Below, one piece after another: positions 26,338-37,949 of a stretch of DNA of 64,000 bases. Numbering within the stretch: position 1 is the first letter of the stretch; the number at the start of each line of letters is the position of its first letter. The notes beneath the pieces are model-generated. The model searched no databases. It had not been told where the DNA came from and was given only the letters and a program-made list of their open reading frames with translations. The stretch comes from Camelus dromedarius (taxonomy: Eukaryota), in contig NC_087436.1 of the NCBI RefSeq assembly GCF_036321535.1, positions 66,094,001-66,158,000 on the forward strand, read 5' to 3'. Made by a program: the position numbers and the translations under genes.

Positions 26338-27169
26338 ATGGCCTTTTAGCATGCTTTGTAATTTTTACTTGATAGCTAACATGGTATATTGGGTTAAAAA
26401 AACACACCAAAACAACAACAAAACTGCTGTAAACAGGTCTTCACTAATGTAGTGGTGAGGTGTGTGGGGAGGTGAAGTGTTCTGCAGTGCTATGGTTAGG
26501 CCCCATTTTTTTTAATAATCTATGCCTGTGGCCTGTGCGCTTCACTAGTGATTTTATTTTTAATGCCTTCTTACACGAGGCAGGTTGGCTAGAGCCAGCT
26601 GGAATTGCTTACTTCCCTTCCCAGGTCAATTAGGCTCTGATAATTGCCCCCAGGTTAGGATCTAGTTAACTAGTTTCCCCTGAGGGTAGGCAGGCCTCAT
26701 TAAGAAGAACAGAGAGCTCTGGTGTAATTCAGAGTGGTTTCTTTTCCTTTCTGCATGCAGGAAGCTGGAGGAATTTGTCGAGAGATGTTTACTGTGGGAA
26801 ACTGGTCTAGCTCCTGGAGATAAAATCATAATATTGTGGAGGCTTTCTTACAAGTGGGTCCCCCTGGAGTCTTTAACTCTCAAAGTTGACTTTGAAAAAA
26901 ATCCTCCAGCAATTCATCAGCTACAGTTCAAGTTTTCCTACCCCAGCACTGGTTCACTTCGTGTTTTCTGCTTTTAAGTCTCTACTCAGGTAAGCCAAGA
27001 CTGTATTCACTTGTCTGTCTCTTTGGTCTTGGGAGGTAGCAGTATACCCTGTGTCCTCCCCTCTCTTATGGATTTAAGAAGAGTTATTGCTTTTTCAGTC
27101 TGTTTAGCTTTCTACTTGTTATAAAGGATTGGTGATTTCCAAATTTCTTACATGTGGAACCAGAAGTTC

Positions 27170-28250
27170 TATACATTTATAGTTAGTTCTGTTAGTTCTC
27201 CTCAATTGAATCCTTCAACCCTTTTATTATTTAAAATTTTTCTTATATTTTAAAGCTTTATGGTGTTTTTATGAAATTGCTTTTATTTTGTGTTTGCTCT
27301 ATTATTATTTCATGAATGTAAAATTCTGTCTGATCTTTTTATGAATGAATACTGTGTTTTTGAAATTTGACTTTTTTATTCTCCCTGAATTGTTTATATC
27401 TTGACTTTTAAAGTTTTTTTGAAATTTTTTTTCAATTTTTAATCAAAAGCATTCTTCACATGTGTGGTTACGTGTCTGAGGTCTGAATTTCTTTGAGTTA
27501 AGAGAATAAAAAGGTGATTGGAATCTTTATGGGCATAGAATATGGTTATCAAGGTGTGGGCCTCACTATAAGGATGATGTGGATTGCCAGGTATTAGAAT
27601 CTGGGTGTCTTTTCTCTTGTGCCTGTTACTTCATCTGAGAGCAGAGAGGAATCTCTCAAATTCATTTCTAGATGGTAAAAGCCTGGCTACTTCTGTTTTC
27701 CAAAGACTACCTAGATTAGTGTTTGGTATATAGTTTCTTTCAATCTCTCTTTTTAAGTAGCATCTCCATCTACATTTGCTTAGAATCCAGAAACTCCGAA
27801 TAATTCCAGAAAGTTGTGACAAAGTCATGTAAGTCAGGCAGTGTAAGTTTGGGAGATGACTTGTCAAACCCTCTGGGCAAATGGCGTTCGGAGAGGGGAA
27901 GGAGGTGAGACAAACAAATCCTTACTCAGATTTTATGCCAGTCCTTTTTGTCAGCCCAAAGAAACCACCTGGGAGAAGCTCAGTGCCTCCAACTCCTGAG
28001 CTTTTGGAGGCTCTGCAGGGAGAATTTGCTGGCTTCATGATTTCTCTCTGCAGAATAAGTTTCAATTTTCTGTGATATGTTAGATAATATCCTTTCCAGA
28101 TTCCAAAATTTTGTTATTTTATATACTGTTTTCTAATCTTTGACCTTGCGGATATATGCATTTTAATACTCCTTTTTTTAGTGTGTTGTGTTGATGGGGT
28201 TCCGATAAGAAGCAGTAAGTGCATTTGTTTAATACATTGAATTAAAGAGA
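27170..28250 (-). mobile_element. Old L1ME-like 5' region fragments
   Basis: T-rich segment followed by ctcagtgcctccaactcctgagcttttggaggctctgcagggaga, typical of old L1ME 5' sequence. Confidence 0.5.
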
Positions 28251-29084
28251 AGCCTTATTAACTCTTTTTTAAACAAAAAACTGCTTCCTTAAACAGAATA
28301 CACTGTCTTCAATGTATTTGGCATCATTTTTCTGATACCCAGTTTTCCTTTTGAGATTGATTTGCAACTTTAATTTATGTCTTCTCCATTATCCTAATGT
28401 TCTCACCAACTTTGTTTCCACCCTTTAAAAGTCTTCTGAAAAGTAAAGTAGATATATTTAACTTACTGTAAAGATCAATAGAATGCCATCTCATTTGCTT
28501 ATCAGCATAGCACTGCTGTTAACAACCAGTTATAGAGTTATAAGGCCTGAATTCATGCCTGAAAACCTAACTATTCACAGTGTAACTAAAGATAAGTTTT
28601 TTTACCTCAACACACTAAACATTTTTTTGTCCTTCTAATGTAAGGGAAATATTTGCCTACATTAAAGTGACAAAGTGTTGGAAAAGTTATTTAGTAAAGA
28701 AACTGACTTCATTTTGTAATATACATTCGGAAAATTTTCAAGCCACTTTTCTATCTTGTTTTGCAATATGGTAAGCTAGCAAAGCTGGTGAGCAACTTTC
28801 TTTGGCACTAGTGGGAATTTCAGACCTACAAACACCCAGTTTGTACAAAGGAGCTTTTCTCCTCTTCACACTGCAGCCACTACAAAGGTCTAGCCTAGTC
28901 TCTCTGCCTCCCTCAAACCATTTTCAACCTCCTCTCCTCAGAAAGCTTTATTATGTGAATGATAAGTCCATTTATGCCTTCTTGGTGAAGTTGGCATCAT
29001 TAGTACCGACATTCAATCTGAATTAACTTTTGAGGTTTGTTCCTTCCTTTCTTGGGGCAACCATAACAGTGGTACGTTGTCAAG

Positions 29085-29810
29085 TTATTCATTTTTTTCA
29101 ACTAATATTTATTGAATTTCTGTTCTCAATTTGTGACTAGTGATGCTATAATGTATACAATTATAAACCCTAGCCTGTTTATACAGGAACCACAATTACC
29201 TTTTTATTAATGATTGTCTCATTGTTAACATGCTTAGACTATTTTTATGTAATTCTTAGTACAGTAAGAAAGAAAACCATTAAACATATAGTTGGCCAAA
29301 TCTCCATAATTTAAACTAATTCTAAATGCTACCTAAAAGGAATATAATAGTCTGTGAGTGTACAGAGTGTACAATAAGTCAGCATGGTGGAAAATAAGAG
29401 TATTTTGAGCAGAAAATCAACATAAGTATATGTTTAGTTTAAATAAATTTCTTTGGTTGCTGTGGGGACTAATTAAATTGGGACAATGTGGAAACATTGA
29501 GACCAATTAGGAAATTTATCTCTTTTTTTCTTCCTCTATTTTTGATAATTATTTACAGGATAAAATTAGATCCTTAAAATAATTTCAGGAGAGGTAGAAA
29601 GCTGAGGCATCAACAGTAAAGAAGAAGCACTTCAGTAACAGATGAGCAAGATAAAAACAGTTAAAAGTAGAAAAAGGAAGCAAACAAAAAGAAGCCATCA
29701 ATGTTAAAAAAAAAAAAAAAAAGTTGTCCAATGCTATGCAGACATCCAGGAAATGAAGACAGAGCACAACCTGTTGGTTGTAAAAACAAATGATTATATG
29801 GTATTCAACT
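29085..29810 (-). mobile_element. L2 fragments
   Basis: attcatttttttcaactaatatttattgaa (L2 tail); ttggttgctgtgggga...gagaccaattagga; ttgtccaatgctatgcaga. Confidence 0.55.
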
Positions 29811-29861
29811 AGGCCTTAATCTGTTGATTTGTTAGTTTCTATTAAGGAGACAAGAAAAGTA

Positions 29862-30157
29862 TTCTCTTCTGGGTTTCCCACATAATTGATTGATAAGACA
29901 AGGACTTGATTCCAAGTGATTTTCATTTGGAAGGCAATTCCGGGAAACCAGGTTGAGAGAATGAGATTAGGGAAATAGTTACGAAGAAAAAGCTAGTGTA
30001 AGTTTCCATTTTCAAGATGACTGTGATCCATGGATGCTTGATACCTATAGGACTTCTTGAGAAGCTTATAGCATTGCTCCTCAAGTTGTCTACCTAAAGA
30101 GCTTGAGATTCATATGGCAGGGGAAGAGAACATAGGGCACCAACAGCATCTGCTCAA
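29862..30157 (-). mobile_element. ERVL LTR33-like LTR, internally deleted
   Basis: gacaaggacttgattccaagtgattttcatttggaaggcaattccgggaaacc; end agggcaccaacagcatctgctca. Confidence 0.7.
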
Positions 30158-33100
30158 TTGTAGTACACAAGTATGCTTGGAAAAACAATAAGACATAATC
30201 ACTAAATTTGAAAATTTAATGAGACAGAACGAAGTTCACAGAGACATATATAAACATGGTTTGTGTGTTTCATCAAGTTGTCATTTAAAAATGCAGAGAT
30301 GGATATATTCTTCAGGAAATAGTCACCCCACATTTTATTCTGTGAAGTATTAAAGTTATCCAAAAGCATAATTTCATAGTATGTATACTGCATGAGTTAA
30401 CAGCATTGAGTGCTACCCTGATGCTCAATATATTACGTAGCTTTACCTATATACTGTTCTGTCCTAAAAAGTAAATATAAAATGGATTTATATTTTAAAT
30501 ATTTCTAATATGAATTCCTTTTATCATTCTTCTTTAATATATTTTTTTCCTAAGTCAAGAGATTATAAATAAAAATGGATAAGATAAATAAACAGTACAT
30601 TTTTGTGAACATACAAAATTAGGTGTTCAGGGAAAGAAAAGTATTTTGTAGTTTATTTTATACTGTGGACTTGTGGCAGCCTTAAAGTTTAAATATTTTA
30701 TGCTTTAAGTATTTATGCCTGTAAAGCCAAGAAGAAGTTGAGGATAGAGTATATTTACTCACCAAGTTCATGAATAATAACAACAATAATAAATAATGGA
30801 TGTTGTAGACTGACTTTAAAAACTGCCCAAGTGCAGAAAACAATGGTTCAAGTATCCCTTAGTAACTTGCTATTGTTTAGAAGCTAATTTAAACCTCAAG
30901 ATACCATTTTTTATTTACCCTATTAGAATCCAATACTTGATATTTTTAGATAATAAATATTGTGTTCTATATTATGCTTTAATTTAAAAATAATTTCTCC
31001 CCTCAGCCATAAAGTAAAATTATCTAAATTCACAATTAGATATTTTATGCTTATATTTCCAAATTCTGTTTTCATAGTTCTTTTTACAATATTCAGTTCA
31101 TTTATATGTTACTTTTATTAAGTAGAGAAAATAGAAGTATTTTAGAATTACCTAATCATACCATACACTTTGGGTGACTTAAAAATGAACAATGGGCAAA
31201 TTATGTAGTAACACCAGATTTCTCTAGTTGCTTTTGATACCTCAGTATATTTTTGAAGTTCCATAAATTATTTGTAAAAAAGTATATTCAAATGTGTACT
31301 TAGTATTCATAGCTGTGTGTTCCATTCATATGTCTAAAATTTAATCATGTATCCTCTATGCCTAAGTAATTAGAGTATAAGTCAATTTAAAATGATAGGT
31401 GTGAGTCATTAAGTTTTGTAACAATTTCATATTGATAAAGAAGGAAACACTTGTGTGGGATTTTGCTTTAGCTAAGTTGAGTGTAGTTTTGTATGCTTGC
31501 ATGACTATGTTTTTACACGTCGTTTTTTCCTGATGACGTTACAGATTTGTTAATTAGTTGACCTTTTGTCATCTATATCACATTTTCTTTCAGTTTATTA
31601 TTTATATAATTATAAATTTAGTTTCAGTATGTCAGATTGAATTCCTTCTTGGCACCTAGAGTATCTTAGCTTCCTTACTCAGAGGTTCAGGTTTTTTTCA
31701 AGAAAGAGTTGAGCAACAGCAGACCAAAAAAGTAAGTCTAACCTCAGTCAGATACCATTTTATTTTTCCTTCATAAGAATTTCACTCTGTTTTGCAACTT
31801 TTTTCCCTAATCTAAATTAAACAAATTCTTCAAAAGAGTGATTTAAAAAAATAAACAATAATAATAGAAATGTGAGAAGTTGATAGTGACTATGTGTTCA
31901 TCACTGTTGCTTCAGGTTAATTTCTACTGGTGTGCTCTCTACTTCTGTGGCTGCTGCATGTCATTTAGCCACTTCTTTCCTTGCATTTCCATTACATTGA
32001 GTGAAGGAGAAATGGGGATATCATTTTATCTCCCAGTGTGGAGATGTCATCTATTGGCAAGATTGGAAACACGCGTGAATAACAATAAAGGCAGTAATCT
32101 GCAGAGACTTCACTGCTGCAACAATTAAGACATCTGTTTGCTTAACAAATTGATTTTTTTTTTCCATAACATTTATTTAAGAAGAATCTCAACAAATGTT
32201 TCTCCAGGCAAGTAGCTAATAATTCAATACAGTGGCAAATGGGCTCTCCTCACAGTTGTTTTCAAATACAGCCTTGCATTTTTTCTTGTTGGGAATTCCT
32301 AAACAAGTAAATAAATTTTTTACCCAGTGGTCAAGTTCTGCAATTTGAGTTGCAGCAAATTTTTGGTTGAGTTACTACTTTCAGAAGCAGAGAGATATTT
32401 GAATGCTAGTTAATTAACATGAAGCATCCTTTATATATTATTGTTTAGGCTTAGCTTTATCAAGCAATTTGTTAAAGATCCTCCTTTTTAATACAAATAA
32501 ATCACTTCAAACATGTTAAATTCATTTTCCTGTTTTTCTTTATTCTAACAATGAACATTATTATAACATAAGTAATTACTCTGGTTCCTATAATTTATTT
32601 ATCACTCCTGTTTTGGTACTACGAAGATAAATTATTTGCCAGTATTTAGAATACATGTGACAAATACCATAGTTATTTGCACACCATTAGTTCATTTTCT
32701 ATTGCATTCAGTCTTTGTTAATAAAGAAAATTATGATTGATGTTATACCAAATGTTAATAACATGGGAATTTAACGTATTTCAAGATACAAAAAATCATA
32801 AGAAAAGATTGATGAAAGGAATGCATTTCAGAACAGTTTTGCTTAGTGGGTAAAAAAAAGAGTAAACACTAAATACTAAAGGTGCATATATTTGTAATAA
32901 TGAAAATTCTAATAGTCATTATAGTCAATTAAACAAATTATCATGCATAATTTGTGGTATCATTTAGGCCATCAGAAATTCATTCATTTATTCACTTAGT
33001 AAATGCTGTATATTCATACACTATATTTAAAATAGGCACCATGGGGAATACAAACTTCTTTACCACAAATTAAATATAATGGAAACATTGAGCTTTAAAC

Positions 33101-33289
33101 TTCACTTCTGCTTATTCTTAGTACTAAAAGGAGACACCTAAGATCACATATTTAAGAAGCTTAGAATGCAGATTACCTGAGATGTGTAAAGAAAGGATTC
33201 CAAAGAATTTCCTTGTCTTAAGAATCATTACTGCTCATCTTGTAAACTTTAAAAATTCAAATTTCCTAGTTTTACTTATACTCATTAGT

Positions 33290-36200
33290 GTGTGTGTATG
33301 TATGTGTATATGTGTTCTCCACAATTTTATCACAAGTCCACTTTCAGTTACCACTATCACAGAAAGATATACTGTCATCAGCACAATGGTCTCACCTGTT
33401 AAGTCTGTTAGACCCACATTCATCTGCCTTCCCCTGAGACTTCCCTACACACTGACCACCCTAATATATTCTCCTCTTTAAAAATGTTATCTTTTAAAAA
33501 TAATGTATAAGTAAAATAATTTAGTATGTAACATTTTGGGATTGGCTTTTTTAAACTCAGTTAAACCCCTCGAAGTTCAAGTCTTTGTTTATATCAATAG
33601 TTTTTTTTAATTGCTGAGTAATATTCCATGGTATATAAGTGTACTACCCTTTAATAATTTACCCATTGAAGGGCCTCTGTGTTGGTTCCATCTTGGGGTT
33701 GTGAACATTTTTGTACAGGCTTTTTTATGTGAACATAAGTTTACATTTCTATGCAATAAAGTTAAGAGTGCAGTTTCTGGGTCTTATGATAGTTTCACGT
33801 TTAGGTTAAAAAAAAATGTGCCTGTTTTCCAGAGTGGTAATGCTATTTGATATCCCATTAGCAATGCTTGAATGATCTAGTCTCCTTGCATCCTTACCAA
33901 GATTTTGTAGTGTCATTATTCTTTATTTTAACTCTGATAGGAGTGTAGTGGTATCTCATTACAGTTTTAATTTGTATTTCTCTAATGGTGAATGATGTAA
34001 ATATTTTCATGTTATTTGCAAACTATATATCCTCAGTGTAGTATGTTTATGTCTTTCCCATTTTTGAGTTGGGGTGATTGTTTTTAATATTGAGTTATTT
34101 ATATAGACTAGATATTACAATTTGTCAGATGTGATTGGCAATTATTTTCACACAATCTGTACTTAATCTTTTCATTTTTTCACAGGCTTTTTGGCAGAGT
34201 GAAAGTTTCTAGTTTTGATCAGATCAAATTTATCAATCATGTATGGATTTTACTTTTGATATCACATCTAGGAACTCTTTTCCTAACTTTAGAACAAAGA
34301 GATTCTCCCCTATATTCTAAAAGTTTTACTGTTTTGCATTTTTCATTGAACTATATTGAGTTAATTTTTGTATAAGGTATGAGTTTAGCTGATGCTTGTA
34401 TTTATTAAATGCTACAGAATCATTTGTTTAAAAGGATACCCTTCCATCATTAAATTATTTTGCACCTGTGTCAAATTTCAGTTGGGAATAGCTATGTGAA
34501 TCCATTTGGTGATTTTTCATTACTGTTCCACTGATACATGTGTCTATCCCTATGTCAACACCACAGTCTTAATTGTTGATTCTTCCCACTTTAGTCTTGT
34601 TTTTCAAAATATTTGAGCTATTGTAATACCTTTATATTTCTATACAAATTTTAGAATAATCTTGTCTATATTTATAAAACATATAGCTGGGGTTGATAGG
34701 AATTTGATCTAGGTATTAAGCTACTGGTTTAGCCATATATTCTTTTGAGAAGAATCAGATGTTTGTAATGTTGAGTACCCCAATCCATGAACACAAAATG
34801 TCTGTTTATATCTTTAGATCTTCTTTGATTTATTTAATCATTGGTTTGTGGTTTGGAGTATACAAGTCACATACATGTTGGATTTACACGTAAGTTCTTA
34901 TTTATTTGAGTGGTAAAGCATTTTCACCTTCAATGTCCATGTTCCATTGTAGTATCTAAAAATACAATTGCTTTCTGTACTACATGTTATCTTGCATTCT
35001 GCAGTCTTTCTGAACTCAGCTTACTACTCCTAAGGACTTCAATGTAGATGCATTGAATTTTGCCAATATAGACAATCATGTCTATTGTAATTAGGAATAG
35101 TGTTGTTTAATTATTAAATAAATAAAATCTTATTTTATATAAATACATATATAACATGTATTACACCTACATATTATAATATATTAGATAAATATTATAT
35201 AAAATATAATTAAAATTAAAAAAATCAATACTTAAAAATATTTCTTTCCTTCTATTTGTTTGGATTTTTTTTCTTGTCTTACTACATTGGCTAGGGCTTT
35301 CAGTACTGTATTGAATGAAAGTGGTGGGATCAGAAATTTTTGTGATGTTTTTGAGCAGATAGCATTTGGCTATTCAAGATTTGAGGTAATATTAGCTGTT
35401 GCAGCGTTGTGGAAGTTCCTTAACAAGTTGAGGATGTTTACCTCTGCCTATAATTTTCTGAATACTTTTATCATAAAAGTGCCAAATTTTGTCAATTTTT
35501 TTTGGCATCAATTAATATGTTTACTTGATGTTTCTCCTTTAGCCTGTTGAAATGATGTATTGCACGTGTACATTTCCAAATGTTGAACTATCCTTGCATA
35601 TCTGAGATAAATTCTAGTTGGTGATGTATAATTTAATACATTTCTGGTTCAATGCGCTACTATATTTCTTGAGGATTTTTGAGTTTATGTTTGTGTGGAA
35701 TATTAAATTTTAGTTTCTTTTTAAAAAATCTTTACCTGGTTTCAGTATCAGGGTAATGCTGACCTCATATAATGAGTTGGAAGGTATTTCCTCCTTTCCT
35801 ATTTTCTGAAAGATATAGTACAAAATTTGTGTAAAATCTTCAAAGGTTAGAATTATCCAGTGATTGGATTTTAAATTATAAAATCAAGTTATTTAATGAT
35901 ATTAGGACTTGAGATTATCTATTTTATCCTGGCTCTGATTTACTTAATGTGGAATTTGAGGAATTGATCTGTATCTTCTAAGTTATTAAATTTGAGTGCA
36001 AAGTTTTTTGTGGTGTTATATTATTTTTTAATGGCTACAGCATCTTTAGTGATATATTTACTTTCATTTCTGATATTGGTGATTTGTTCTCCCTTTTTAT
36101 TTTTGACTCTCTTGTTAGAGTTTTATTAATTTTATTGGATTATTTTTTGATGAACTAGCTTTTTGTTTCGTTGATGTTCTCTATTGTTTAACTATTTTCA

Positions 36201-37945
36201 ATTAAATTCTGTTCTTATCTTCTTTCTTACTTGTGTGCTTTGGTTTCATTTTGATTTTGCTTTTCTCATTTCTGGAGTGTAGGAACTTTGGTTATTTATA
36301 TGAGACTCTTCCTTTGTCCTAATTTAAGTATTTTGTGCTATAAATTTCTTCTCAGTAACACTTCAGAAGCATCCTACGTATTTTAGATATTTTATTTGTT
36401 TTCTTTCAATTCTGTGTTCTTTCTTTGAAACTCTTTTACCTATATATCATCTAGAAGTGTGTTACTATGATTTCCAAGTGTTTTGAGATTTTCCTTTTGT
36501 CTCTCTGATATTTTATGTTTGATCTCTTATGATCAGAGCATACTCTGAATTTCATTCTTTAAAATACATTTATTTTATGGCTATGATTTAGATCCTGTTG
36601 TTGGGTTGGATTTAGAGCTTTATATATTGTTGCTGATTTTTCTTCTGTCTAGTAATTTTATCAGTTGCTGAGAGGAAAGTGATGAAATCCTCAATACTAA
36701 TTGAGAATCTCATTATTTTTCCTTTCATCTCTAAATTTTGTTAATGAATTTTGAGGATCTGTTGTTGGGAGCATACACATTTAGGATTATTATATTTTTC
36801 TAGTAGAATGGTCTTTTTATCACTATGAAATGTCCCTGTTTGTCTCTAGTCATTTTCTTTACTCTGTAGTCTAATCTATGTGGTTTATGTTAATATAAGA
36901 TTAAGTAATGTTTGCATGGTTAATAATCATTTTTCCATTCTTTTACTTTGAACTTACCTGTGTTAATTGAATTTAAGATAATTTTCTTTTTTTTTAAACA
37001 TTTTTTATTGCGTTATAGTCATTTTACAATGTTGTGTCAAATTCCAGTGTAGAGCACAATACATGTTCAGTTATACATGAACATACATACATTGATTGTC
37101 ACATTCTCTTTTGCTTTGAGCCACCACAAGATGCTGTATATATTTCCCTGTGCTACACAGAACAATCTTGTTTATTCTACATTTTGAAATCCCAGTCCCT
37201 TCCCACCCCCCATCCCCCTGGCAACCACAAGTTTGTATTCTATTTCTATGAGTCTGTTTCTGTTTTGTATTTCTGTTTTTGTTTTTGTTTGTTTTTAGAT
37301 TCCGCATATGAGCAATCTCATATGATATTTTTCTTTCTCTTTCTGGCTTACTTCACTTAGAATGACATTCTCCAGTAACATCCATGTTGCTGCAAATGGT
37401 GTTATGTTGTCAGTTTTTATGGCTGAATAATATTCCATTGTGTAAATATACCACATCTTCTTTATCCAGTCATCTATCACTAATTATCAGAGAAGTGCAA
37501 ATCAAAACTATGATGAGGTATCACCTCACACCAGTCAGGATGGCCATCATTCAAAAGTCCACAAATGACAAATGCTGGAGAGGCTGTGGAGAAAAGGGAA
37601 TCCTCCTACACTGCTGGTGGGAATGCAGTTTGGTGCAGCCTCTGTGGAAAACAGTATGGAGATTCTTCAAAAGACTAGGAATAGACTTACCATATGACCT
37701 AGGAATAGACTTACCATATGACCTAGGAATCTCACTCCTGGGCATATAGAAGGAACCCTACTTCAAAATGACACCTACATCCCAATGTTCATAGAAGTGC
37801 TATTTACAATAGCCAAGACATGGAAACAGCCTAAATGTCCATCATAAGATAAGTTTCTTATAAAGAGTTTCTTGTCATTTAAAAAAGTCCACTCTGCCAG
37901 TATTTGTCTTTTGTTGGTGTGTTTTACCATTTACAGTTTTACATT
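33290..37945 (-). mobile_element. L1MC-like LINE-1 (3' UTR and ORF2, decayed); hosts a younger L1 at 36989-37844
   Basis: ttgctgagtaatattccatggtat, gtgtagtggtatctcatt, cagtatcagggtaatgctgacctcatataatgagttggaagg, gctataaatttc. Confidence 0.85.
36989..37844 (-). mobile_element. Young camelid-type LINE-1 with 5' inversion
   Basis: Minus-strand 3' UTR and ORF2 C-terminus ([20 protein letters not shown]..) at 36989-37477; plus-strand ORF2 ([41 protein letters not shown]) at 37476-37844; TSD taagataa(t/g)tttctt at 36974-36988 and 37845-37859. Confidence 0.92.
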
Positions 37946-37949
37946 TTGT

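Larger units (their letters stand above)
23910..27165 (-). mobile_element. L1MC/MD-like LINE-1 5' region, interrupted by younger insertions
   Basis: Host stops at ..ttatctccatc (about 23992) and resumes ..tccatccatttacttttaatcta (about 25494); 26340-27165 is homologous to the L1 5' end at 55370-56260. Confidence 0.75.

Noticed and set aside
26113..26349. 78-aa ORF with repeated YACA
   Set aside because: By-product of the duplicated tacgcatgcgc motif inside the LTR
37295..37749. ORFs with real protein similarity (37295-37480 minus, 37384-37749 plus)
   Set aside because: Fragments of L1 ORF2 in a truncated, inverted copy; the plus ORF is chimeric across the inversion junction
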